Shown: positions 11,968 through 22,886, numbered from the stretch's first letter. The stretch: 64,000 bases of DNA from Eledone cirrhosa (GCA_964016885.1 OZ024742.1:362886001-362950000); one strand, 5' to 3'. Numbers and translations are program-made. Notes: generated by a model not told the origin, from the sequence alone.

Positions 11968-12126
11968 GACCAATCGACCCACATTAGTGAACTGGTATAT
12001 TTCGATAATGACCTCCAAAGCATGAAAGTTAATCTCAACAGCAATTAAATTCAGGTGGCGCAGAAAGCCAGAACGAATATCGCAAAGTATTGTATCTGGT
12101 GCTGTAACGACACTGCCAATTCGCTG
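11968..12126 (-). mobile_element. Diverged tRNA SINE
   Basis: Head cagcgaattggcagtgtcgttac on the minus strand and a degenerate ctttcat...accag core. Confidence 0.55.
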
Positions 12127-12195
12127 TCTAGTTCATTTTTTGTGGAGCTACAAATCAAGAGTCTCATCTACAAATGTATGTTTTCACGTAATAAT

Positions 12196-12376
12196 TGTTT
12201 CTACTATTGGCACAAGGCCAGCAATTACCCAGTACATTACTGGTATTTTATTTTATCGACCCCGTAAGGATGAAAGGCAAAGTTAACCTCGGCGGGATTT
12301 GAACTCAGATCATAAAGGGAGGTAACTCTATGCTTCAAAGTATGGCGCCCGACCCTCTACCGATACTGCCAATCCA
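12196..12376 (-). mobile_element. tRNA SINE S1
   Basis: Reverse complement of 11228-11411. Confidence 0.85.
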
Positions 12377-12499
12377 CAAATAGAATTAATAATAGAAACT
12401 TAAATTTAAACCCAAACCAAATAAACCAAGATAACAATATTAATATTACTAATAACAGTATTAATACTACTAATAATAGTACCATTCATATTGACAATA

Positions 12500-12900
12500 A
12501 CTCTGGAAAATGTAACTGTAGAGACGAAACAATTGCCCTTTACAGAATAATTGCCTAGATAAAAACTTAGTATACAAATGCACAGTAAAAACTAGAAAAC
12601 TAGAGATAAAATATATAACTATATAGGAGCCACTTCTAAAAAAATTGAAAGAACGTACTTTTAATAGATCCGATAAAACAATTTCTACATAATTTTGTAC
12701 TTAAACGACAATAATATTGACTATTCAATCTCTTGGGGAACGATTTCGAAAGCGCCCGCATACCGAAATATGGTTCTCTCAAGAATTTGTCATTTGTTCA
12801 TTGAAGAAATATTTTATATACTTACCTGCCAAAACTCTATTAACAAAAAGAAAGAATATTCAGTTCCTGCAGACATCGTCAAAGAATGACTTTCAGCAGT
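12500..12900 (+). pseudogene. Penelope-like GIY-YIG endonuclease (frameshifted)
   Basis: CNCRDET-CPLQNNCLDKNLVYKCTV...YIGATS...YSISWGTISKAPAY...ICHLFIEEIFYIL...NKKKE...CRHR, read across frameshifts. Confidence 0.85.
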
Positions 12901-14320
12901 ATCTTTAATCTATAGAATATATTTCACTTGTTTACATTTAATATGTCTTCACTATTTGTGGTGATTTTTAAATGATATTTTTCTTGTTATCTAATATTTT
13001 TCAAATGATATTCTTTTTAAGACTTTTCAATGATATTATGAAATATATCTTTTTTGTGATAATTTTGATAATGTTTCTAAATATACTTATGATGACTAAT
13101 AATATGTTTTCTTCCTAAATCACTATATAGACTTTAACACATTCATTGATGTAGCTATCTAAATACATATATAAAAGAATTCTCATCTTTGAAAACATCT
13201 AATATAAAATACCTTATAATCATATACAAAATAATATATTAAATTTTCTACTTATATTCCGCATATATCTTAATTGTATATTTCTTTAAAAGTAAATTCT
13301 ACAATTAAATGACAAATGTAACATAATTATTTTAACTAAGAAACATTGAAGTTATCTTTTTCTTTATAATGTAACACCCTTAAACATTCCTTCTGTGTAA
13401 CAACTAAACTTAACATAAATATTAAATCTCTGTATATTTTCGTTGACTTACTAAATTTTTGTGAATGTTTCCTATCTTGATGAAACTATCTGAATGTACA
13501 AAATAATCTTCTCAAATAAAATTTATAACTACGTTTTTTTATTATTGAAAATCTAAACACAAAATTCTTCGTAACCCTTAACATATATAACAATATTTAA
13601 ATTATCTATCTAATGAAAATAACAACATATATACTCACCAAAAATATTTAAATACTTATATAAATAACCCGTTGTAATATAATAAACTAAAATATACTTA
13701 TAAAAATATTATCTATATAATATCTCATGCTTTGAATGGATCCAATAATTAGTAGTATATCTCAATTTTTAAAACATTTAAATTGGTATTAACACATTTT
13801 TAACTCTCATATTATTTTATAGATACTACCAAAATATATGATTATAAAATTAAACAATTAAACCTAATTATATCACTATCTTTACACCATGACTGATATG
13901 ATACATATAATTATATCTTAATAATAATAGTTTATTTCTAACTATAATTTTTTTTAATAATCATTTCTTAAATTTTCTTACACCCTAATATTAATATTAG
14001 CCTCTTTTTTCTTCTTCCCCTTATAAATTATCCTAATAATTATTTAAATTTATCTAGTGTCTAAATATAACGATCTTTTTTCAGCCTTACGTTTCAACCT
14101 CATTTACATATTCATCCGAAAAATTTGAAATGTTTCTTTCACTGTCCAAACTGAACCTGAACCGATAAGGTCTGGTTTCTTGGGTATATCGCCATTTATA
14201 AAACAAATTTTGTATTTTATCTGATAAGGGTGTATCAAAATGTTGGTACCCTTGAAATATATATAATAAAATAAATATTGTTTCATAAATATAGTTTCCA
14301 TTTATTAATATCATTGATAT
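12900..14320 (+). mobile_element. Long AT-rich PLE 3' region ending in a degenerate hammerhead and AATAAA
   Basis: At 14215-14261: ttttat-CTGATAA-ggg...accctt-GAAA-TATATA-TA-ataaaa. A homologous end with CTGATGA lies at 24601-24780. Confidence 0.55.
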
Positions 14321-14340
14321 GTATATATATATATATATAT

Positions 14341-15271
14341 ATATATGGATGTATATATAATGTATTTTCAATACACTTTATACTTAATTAAAAGCATTTT
14401 GAAGACCGTATGCTATTGTTTTAGAGTAGTGACAAATTCACTTACTTTAATCTCAGCAAACAGGGGAGATAAGCCGACAAGGGCCTTGTTTCGCTTTTGT
14501 TGAAGCTTATCAAGGCTAACTACCCCTCCTGTCTACTGAGATTACTGATGTTATATTCTTATAGAATTCTAGTAAATAATCAGGAGCTGATTATACAGAG
14601 CGATTGTTGGTCAGGCAGAAATTAAAAATTAGAATTGGAGCTCTGAAATAGCAATATATATATGGATGTATATATAATGTATTTTGCAATATACTTTATG
14701 CTTAATTAAAAGCATTTTGAAGACCGTATGCTATTGTTTTAGAGTAGTAACAAATTCACTTACTTTAATCTCAGCAAACAGGGGAGGCCCTTGTCGGCTT
14801 GTCTCCCCTGTTTGCTGAGATTAAAGTAAGTGAATTTGTTACTACTCTAAAACAATAGCATACGGTCTTCAAAATGCTTTAATTAAGCATAAAGTGTATT
14901 GCAAAATACATTATATATACATCCATATATATATTGCTATTTCAGAGCTCCAATTCTAATTTTTAATTTCTGCCTGACCAACAATCGCTCTGTATAATCA
15001 GCTCCTGATTATTTACTAGAATTCTATAAGAATATAACATCAGTAATCTCAGTAGACAGGAGGGGTAGTTAGCCTTGATAAGCTTCAACAAAAGCGAAAC
15101 AAGGCCCTTGTCGGCTTATCTCCCCTGTTTGCTGAGATTAAAGTAAGTGAATTTGTCACTACTCTAAAACAATAGCATACGGTCTTCAAAATGCTTTTAA
15201 TTAAGCATAAAGTGTATTGCAAAATATATTATATATACATCCATATATATATTGCTATTTCAGAGCTCCAA

Positions 15272-15278
<7 letters not shown>
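14341..15278. mobile_element. Retrozyme-like 317-bp tandem unit, head-to-head insertion
   Basis: About 1.4 units on the minus strand (14341-14786) and about 1.55 units on the plus strand (14787-15278). Period 317 (14346/14663; 14787/15104). (TA)n flanks, no ORF. Confidence 0.8.
15061..15126 (+). ncRNA. Type I hammerhead, U3-A8 variant with extended stem I
   Basis: aggggtagttagcc-TTGATAA-gctt(caacaa)aagc-GAAA-caag(gcc)cttg-TC-ggcttatctcccct. Mirror copy at 14462-14527 (-). Confidence 0.8.
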
Positions 15279-15300
<22 letters not shown>

Positions 15301-15302
<2 letters not shown>

Positions 15303-15425
15303 CAATGGAATAGACTACTCGTAAAATTAACGCAACGTAGCTAAAAACGCCACAGACACGTGTACCCTTAACGTATGGAGATTGAGTGTGACAAACATGG
15401 ACCCTTTAACTACCGATACAGTTCT
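15301..15425 (-). mobile_element. Probable SINE tail fragment
   Basis: acgccacagacacgtgtacccttaacgta...gtgtgacaa resembles a mollusc SINE 3' region (from recall only). Confidence 0.35.
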
Positions 15426-16172
15426 TCTAACTGGTTTCCAAATAGTTCGTGTTTATCCAATTCCGCACACAAGTGTTGGGCCGTGCCGGGGTTGCGTATT
15501 CATGAATAATTTCCTGCGTTAATTTACTTTTGGAATGGCTCTTCCAGCACATCCCCCTTACCATCTTCTTGGGAAACGCCTTCTCCATTCTGTCCGCCAG
15601 CCAACAAGTGGGACCCATCTGCTTATTCTACAGAGATATGAGAAGAGCCAGAGAGATGGGGACGATGACGGTGGTAGTTAGGCTCTTCCGTGTTCAGACA
15701 CATTGCACCTGTCAAGAGTGTATTTTCATACATTTTTGTTATATACGCCTTTTATAATATAGATACTCTAAGTTCCACCATTTACTTTCGAATATGTTAC
15801 ACGTTATATTTTTATTTGTTTCAGATAATGGTTTTCCTAAATTGATTGACCACTGAATCTCATGGAATTAGTGTTGGCTGTTTTGTAATAACTCCCTCGT
15901 CGACACTAACGGAAACTATCACAGAAACTATTACAGAGTTTATATGCATTGTTCTACAATATAACCTAAATTCAATCCAATCCATTGCCTTCTCACCCCT
16001 GCTGGAAGAAACCCTCCTTAGTTGACCTCAAACGCTTTCTGTTTGGTTTAGGCTATGTCTGTGGTGTAGCTCTACTCACAACGCTTGGCTAATTGTGAGT
16101 TGGTGAGGCTATTTAACCCATGTTTGGGGTGGGAAGCCGTTAACTCTGGGGAGTCCATCCGCACTTTTAACA

Positions 16173-16281
16173 GCAAGGCTAACCTCGGCGTGATTTGCAT
16201 TCAGAACGCAAATGGCTGTAATTCTATGCCGCAAAGAATGTTGTCCGATGCTCTACCAATGCGATGCTGCCAATCCACCGC
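16173..16281 (-). mobile_element. Diverged tRNA SINE 5' part
   Basis: gcggtggattggcagc head and ccgaggttagccttgc core on the minus strand. Confidence 0.6.
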
Positions 16282-16343
16282 TCTTACGGTTCGAGTATAT
16301 TGATAAGTAATGATGATGAAGCAGTATTAGAACTCAGATCATC

Positions 16344-16571
16344 TAAAGTCTGTCTCGACTCCGGTGACTCATCAGGCTGGTTCTTATCCGATATCCATGG
16401 CGTTAGGCAACTGAGGCATTAGGACTGCCCCCTAGACAGGACACCAGTCCATCACAGGGTTAAACTCCCAGCTATTGCTGGTACTCCTTTTCAGCTGAGT
16501 ATACTGGAGCAACGTGAAATGAAGTGTTTTTACTCAATAACACAACACGCAACTCAGACTAAGAATCGAAC
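16344..16571 (-). mobile_element. CORE-type SINE
   Basis: Minus strand reads gttcgattc...gcgtgttgtgttattgagtaaaaacacttcatttcacgttgctccagtatactcagctg, matching 2931-3022. Confidence 0.7.
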
Positions 16572-16574
16572 AGC

Positions 16575-16945
16575 TCGAAACATGGCAAGGGCCCCGAAGT
16601 AATTACCATCTTCCCATTCAAAGGAAATAGATCCCTCATCTGGGATGCCACATGTTGTGACACATACTTTGCCTCTAGCTTAATCGCTTCGGCGACAAAC
16701 CTCGGTACTGAGACCCGCATTGCAGAAGTAAGGAAGACGAACAAATACCATGGATTATACGGCCACTTTCTCTTCGCACCGGTCACCGTCGAGACCTTAG
16801 ACGTACTTGGACCCCATACTACCGGTCTTCCCGCAAGATCTGAACGTTAACAGCCCACCTGAGGAAGGAGCCCTGCGTGGTGGCGTGGCTATTGCAGCAG
16901 GTGTCGCTGGCCATTGTCCGTGGAAATGTTTTTGTGGTCTTGTTC
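16575..16945 (+). pseudogene. CRE-clade-like restriction-like endonuclease fragment
   Basis: Methionine-less frame: GKGPEVITIFPFKGNRSLIWDATCCDT...AEVRKTNKY...FAPVTVETLDVLGP, then WLLQQVSLAIVRGN. Confidence 0.75.
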
Positions 16946-17119
16946 ACAGAAGCGCAGCTCCCAAAACGCCACAACCTACGCCCATAGCCCCTCCTCCTCC
17001 CATTCTTCTGTGGCCCGAGAACCCTTGCTTTTCCCTTCCTTTCCTTCTTTAAATCGTTGTAGTATTTTTCGAATTATTTTATAGTCATTCATTCATGTAG
17101 TTACTCCTCTTCATCCTGA

Positions 17120-17395
17120 GAAGGTCGTGGGGACAGAGTCCTCAAACGCTCCTTCCAGCAGGTCCTGTCAGAAGAAACCGTCTCCAACTCATCCGGCTGG
17201 ATCCCAAGCGAAACCAGCCAAGCTCATAGATGTTATCCAACCATCTCGCTAGGGGTCTACCCCTGAGTCTCTTACCGTTTGGTTTTGCCCGTAAAATCTG
17301 TCCAGCGATTCTTTCCTGGGACATTCTAAACACACGGCCATAGTATTGGAGCTGTGATCTCACAATTCGGATAGGTGGCGGCTCTACCTGGAATA
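17120..17395 (-). mobile_element. RTE LINE 3' end (second family)
   Basis: RSQLQYYGRVFRMSQERIAGQILRAKPNGKRLRGRPLARWLD. Same family as 55575-56105. Confidence 0.85.
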
Positions 17396-17502
17396 CTTAT
17401 CGTCGAAATCAACGGAGATCCATGCCACATGCATATTCACACACACACACGTGAGTATTTATGTGTAAATATGTACGCATATGTTTATATGAATACACAC
17501 AT

Positions 17503-17545
<43 letters not shown>

Positions 17546-17555
17546 TTGTAATATA

Positions 17556-17742
17556 ATTGTTTCTACTTTAGGCACAAGGCCAGCAATTACCCAGTGCATT
17601 ACTGGTACTTTATTTTATCGACCCCGTAAGGATGAAAGGCAAAGTCAACCTCGGCGAGATTTGAACTCAGATCGTAAAGGGACGTAACTATGCTGGAAAG
17701 CATGGCGTCCGACCCTCTACCGATACCGCCAATCCACCGCCC
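17556..17742 (-). mobile_element. Full tRNA SINE S1 with target-site duplication
   Basis: Reverse complement of 11228-11411, with gttgtaatataa on both sides. Confidence 0.9.
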
Positions 17743-17868
17743 TGTTGTAATATAAGTTGTAATATAATGAAACGAAATTTCATTTCTCACTCCTAGCACG
17801 GCACTTACTTAAATGTAAGTATGTATGTATACATACATACATATATGTATACAGACGTACAGTAGCAT

Positions 17869-17949
<81 letters not shown>

Positions 17950-17979
17950 CATGCTACTGTACGTCTGTATACATACATA

Positions 17980-18075
<96 letters not shown>

Positions 18076-18238
18076 TAGATAGGTAAATATACATGGGTGT
18101 GTATGATTGTATATAGATTATATTAATAAGAGGAATTCCAACTTTGTCTGATTTACTCGTTTTATTTACAATCCTTTAAAATATATAATGGTATTATAAT
18201 GAAATAGTATGATAGAATATTAAATTCTAACTGTTAAT

Positions 18239-18277
18239 TGAACAAGTACTTTCATGCTTTCGCAATCTTCAGGTTCA
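18239..18277 (-). ncRNA. Minimal type I hammerhead
   Basis: Minus strand: tgaac-CTGAAGA-ttgc(gaaa)gcat-GAAA-GTAC-TT-gttca. Confidence 0.7.
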
Positions 18278-18364
18278 TAATATGTGGTGACAGTCGAGTT
18301 TGCAATTTTCAACTGTATATATATGCAATTGTATATATATGCAATTTTCAACTATATATATATG

Positions 18365-18488
18365 CTTTCCTGATGATTTCTACCGAATGAAACAGTTCTG
18401 GTCCTGTAGAAGCCATTTCTATATTAGATATTTATACTTTGCTATGTTTTGAGTACCCTACTTACTGTGGTTACCCCCGATTGAACCC

Positions 18489-18492
<4 letters not shown>
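18365..18492 (+). mobile_element. Family C PLE end with intact hammerhead (18367-18412)
   Basis: ttc-CTGATGA-tttc(tacc)gaat-GAAA-cag(ttctggtc)ctg-TA-gaa. Confidence 0.75.
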
Positions 18493-18548
<56 letters not shown>

Positions 18549-18549
<1 letters not shown>

Positions 18550-18736
18550 GAGAAAAGGTGACCCCGACGGCGGGGCTCGGGCCGTTTCGACGGCTGTTTC
18601 TGGACTAGAAATAGCAGTCGAGGCGGCTTGAGCTCTGCCGTCGGGGTCATACTTTCTCCTATACCCACTCACTTCCCTAAGTATTGAGTACTCTGGTGCG
18701 TTATGGTCCATCTGGTTCCTTACCACAACTCCTTCG

Positions 18737-18738
<2 letters not shown>
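18549..18738 (+). mobile_element. Family E PLE 3' end with a 41-bp G-U-rich hairpin
   Basis: Stem 18560-18600/18608-18648. The right arm is shared with the end of the PLE at 51285-51342. Confidence 0.75.
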
Positions 18739-18805
<67 letters not shown>

Positions 18806-18933
18806 TAAAGCTATAAGCAGAGTAGAATGGACAGAGGAATGACTTCTCTTCTCTGAATGAACATGTATGTGAACATATTTTTTCTTCCCCTTTTTATTTT
18901 CATTTTCTTCATTATCATTATTATTACTATTAT

Positions 18934-18969
18934 CAATTGACAATGCATTTAATGCTGAAACCGGTATTG
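18934..18969 (+). ncRNA. Minimal hammerhead, U3-A8 variant (family F)
   Basis: caa-TTGACAA-tgcat(tta)atgct-GAAA-CCGG-TA-ttg followed by AATAAA. Confidence 0.65.
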
Positions 18970-19054
18970 TAAATAAATTAATGTTTTGATATTTCACTGA
19001 ATAAAATCTCTTCAACATTTACTAGTGAAAGAATCTTTTTCAATTCTACTATGT

Positions 19055-19148
<94 letters not shown>

Positions 19149-19152
19149 AGCA

Positions 19153-19386
19153 AAGGAATGATTTTACTTGTAGTTCTGGACGGTTTGGTTTGATTTTGTG
19201 ACATTGTAGTGTTGTGAGTTGGTGGATCTGGTGACGGACAGTCTGTTACTCGCTTCAAGCAACTGCGTGTGTGGTCTTGATAAACGCTCACAAACGAGAG
19301 ACAGACTGTCTGTCACTGGATTTAACAGCTCATAGTATTGTAGATTTAAATCAAATTGTTTGGAGCTGGGAGTGGGGTCGTTCTTT
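19153..19386 (+). ncRNA. Long G-U-rich RNA hairpin in a (TA)n-flanked insert
   Basis: 19153-19255 pairs with 19292-19386 over about 93 positions: about 59 Watson-Crick, about 30 G-U and 4 mismatches (manual count). Confidence 0.75.
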
Positions 19387-19437
19387 TCCTTTTTTTCAAA
19401 TATACCTAACTGTACCATGGATCTCACACATTTTCCA

Positions 19438-19755
19438 ATATATATATATATATATGTGTATATATATATATGTATATATATATGTGTATGTACAAGCATG
19501 TGAATATATATGTGTATATGTATATATGTATATATATATGTATATGCATGTATGCAAATATATGTATGTATATATATATGCATAATATATATGTATGAAT
19601 GTATATATATGTATATATATGTATGAACATGTATGAATGTATATATATGTATATATGTGTATGAATATATATGTATGTATATGTATATGTATGAATATAT
19701 ATATATGTATATGTATGTATATATATGTATACGTATTTATGTATATAAGTATACG

Positions 19756-19786
<31 letters not shown>

Positions 19787-19939
19787 GTATGCATATATAT
19801 TTATGCATATATACATGCATATATATATATATGTGTATATATGTACGTATATGTGTATATATGTATGCATATATGTATGTATATATGTGTGTATGTATGT
19901 ATATGTATGCATATATATGTATGTATATATATATATATA

Positions 19940-20013
<74 letters not shown>

Positions 20014-20135
20014 TATATATATGTATGTATATGGGTGTGTATATGTATGTATATGTATATATGTATGTATGTATGTATATGTATGTATATGTATATATGT
20101 ATGTGTGTGTGTATGTATGTATATATATATGTATA
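19438..20135. repeat. Compound (TA)/(TATG) microsatellite
   Basis: About 700 bp of TA/TG dinucleotides, the source of the spurious YI/MY ORFs. Confidence 0.95.
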
Positions 20136-20601
20136 TACAAAACCTGTCAAAGGGCAAAGGAGCTCTTAAGAGTCAATGGCCATCCAAAATCACCGGGAGA
20201 GATGACCCCTTAGCCTTTTTCAAGGCAGAATTCTAGGAGAAGGAAAACACTGATATAACACCTGCAACCCTGATGGTATCCAATGATGTTGACTTGTTCT
20301 ACTTTTTGGTAAATATCATCTTGGTTAAGAGAGTGGGACTGGCTTTGTGCAGAGCCTTTGCTCACTATAAAAGCTTCACGGCACAGGCATTGCTTTATAT
20401 CTGGAGATCTCTCTGCACTTGTCGTCACATGGTACCATGGGCCAAGCACTATGTGTCAATAATTGTCACAAGTGTAGTGTTTGTACCAGAGTTTTCAAGT
20501 CGCTGGCTCGACTAAAAAGTCACACTTGTTCAGCGCATCGTTAGGAGTTCTCCTACATGAATATAAAGTAGTGGCCGTACTCGAAAACGAGTTGGCAGCC
20601 A

Positions 20602-20603
<2 letters not shown>
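20136..20603 (+). mobile_element. Unclassified ~460-bp (TA)n-inserted element (family G), copy 1
   Basis: Highly similar copies at 23230-23783 and 24093-24546 in the opposite orientation. All share the ...ttggcagccacc(AT)n end. Confidence 0.75.
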
Positions 20604-20660
<57 letters not shown>

Positions 20661-20777
20661 GGTATATATATATAAAGATTTACATTTACACAAACTAAAC
20701 AAAGTCCCAGATATATATCTGGCAACCATTCACTATGTGGCTCAATGAAGAATTATTAAATAAAATAATGAGAGCAA

Positions 20778-20862
20778 TATATCTCCTGATGAGTTCGAAA
20801 CTCGAGATTTTATCCTTAATAGGATATCTCAAATGCGAACGAAACCCAAGGGTGGGGACATA
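20778..20862 (+). ncRNA. Hammerhead with extended stem II, cleavage site mutated
   Basis: tatatctc-CTGATGA-gttcg...gagat..atcct(taat)aggat-atctc...cgaac-GAAA-CCC(AA)GGG-TG-gggacata. Confidence 0.65.
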
Positions 20863-21147
20863 AGCATGGTTAAAGTGTACGGATTTCTTCTAGCTTTAAA
20901 TTTATAAATAATTGTGTATGGTTGACGGTATATTTAGTCAATTTCTACATGCTGTTGAAATGTTGGGCAAAATATTCTATTGCGGTCGGCCGCGAAGAAG
21001 CTGCTGTCGTTTATTTATCAAATATTTCTTCATAGGAGCCTTTATTCTTATAGCCTGGGCTAATTGATTTTTTATGTGGTTAATTATGCTAATTGGGACA
21101 GAAAATGGTGTATATATTTTATCAAATGAGTCTATGGATATACTTTA

Positions 21148-21332
<185 letters not shown>

Positions 21333-21469
21333 TATGTAGATAAATCTACCAAGAGTTTACGGTAGTGTCCAATCCGTATGAAGAACTCAATGTATTCCGG
21401 ATATCATGGAAAGAAGAGATGTAATGAAAATCCACTTTCGGTGAAAGATAAACGGTATACAGAGTCAAG

Positions 21470-22728
21470 ATAAAATATTAAACAAATAATGAACAAACAA
21501 TTCCTTATATTAAACAAAAAAAAAAACAAAAAAAGTTCACTATTTAACGATCGTTTCTAGGGCATATATGTGTTATAATTGGTATGCATATTTAACAGAT
21601 CTATGTACAAAATTATACAAAATTATACAAATTATCAAGATTAAATATACATACCTAACTCATATATACGCCGTCTTCAGAAATAATGAAGTATATTTAT
21701 TGATAATAACAACAATTCAAAATATCAGTTCAAAATTGACCAATGAAAACACAAAGGGTTAAAAGCAGTTTGGTGTGTGTATACACATGCAAAAACCTTA
21801 CACATATTTTACAATAATGTGTGTATAATTTGTATGTGTATACTAAAAAGATGGATGCAAAAATGTGTGTATGTATGTATGTGTAGATATCTCTATGTGC
21901 GCGTACATGTATGTATGTGTATGTATATCTGTATGTGTATGTACATTTATTATATTTTATTGTTTTTATTTTTTTATTTTTCTTAATTTATAGATACATT
22001 TATTTTAGGCTGTCTGGTCTGACAATCTAATACTGACCCCTCCCCCCCCTCCCACCTAATTTCTGTATCTTGATCTTGAAATGTGTGTACCAGTGTTTTT
22101 ATGTGAGTGACTTAATTTCTATTTGCTTATGATTTTATATCCACATATATAAATGTGAGTGGGGGAGTGTGTGTGTTTGTATGTTCGTGGTTATGTGTAT
22201 ATTTATGCATATACGCACATGTATGTGTGATTATACTGATATGTGTGAGTATGAAAAAAATATATTTATATGCTTGACTCCATAAGTATCTTTGCGTATC
22301 TTATCAGCGCATTAAGCTTACAGAGATATTAACCTTGAAATTTTATGTTTGCATCCATCTTTTTAGTATACACATACAAATTATACACACATTATTGTAA
22401 AATATGTGTAAGGTTTTTGCATGTGTATACACACACCAAACTGCTTTTAACCCTTTGTGTTTTCATTGGTCAATTTTGAACTGATATTTTGAATTGTTGT
22501 TATTATCAATAAATATACTTCATTATTTCTGAAGACGGCGTATATATGAGTTAGGTATGTATATTTAATCTTGATAATTTGTATAATTTTGTATAATTTT
22601 GTACATAGATCTGTTAAATATGCATACCAATTATAACACATATATGCCCTAGAAACGATCGTTAAATAGTGAACTTTTTTTGTTTAATATAAGGAATTGT
22701 TTGTTCATTATTTGTTTAATATTTTATA
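21470..22728. mobile_element. PLE-end-like insert with ~390-bp inverted arms
   Basis: 21470-21862 is the reverse complement of 22348-22728. Each arm carries a long-stem-II hammerhead. Confidence 0.8.
22519..22673 (+). ncRNA. Hammerhead with a ~116-nt stem II domain
   Basis: ttcattattt-CTGAAGA-[116 nt including ggtatgtatatttaa/ttaaatatgcatacc]-GAAA-CGATCG-TT-aaatagtgaa. Mirror copy at 21536-21690 (-). Confidence 0.7.
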
Positions 22729-22731
22729 TAC

Positions 22732-22796
<65 letters not shown>

Positions 22797-22801
22797 CATA
22801 C

Positions 22802-22884
<83 letters not shown>

Positions 22885-22886
22885 CA

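Noticed and set aside
15427-15618. ORF faintly resembling a Tc1/mariner QD-A-H region
   Set aside because: Catalytic residues are absent, so the similarity could be chance.
16355-16378. CTGATGAG on the minus strand in a SINE tail
   Set aside because: No GAAA or stem III follows.
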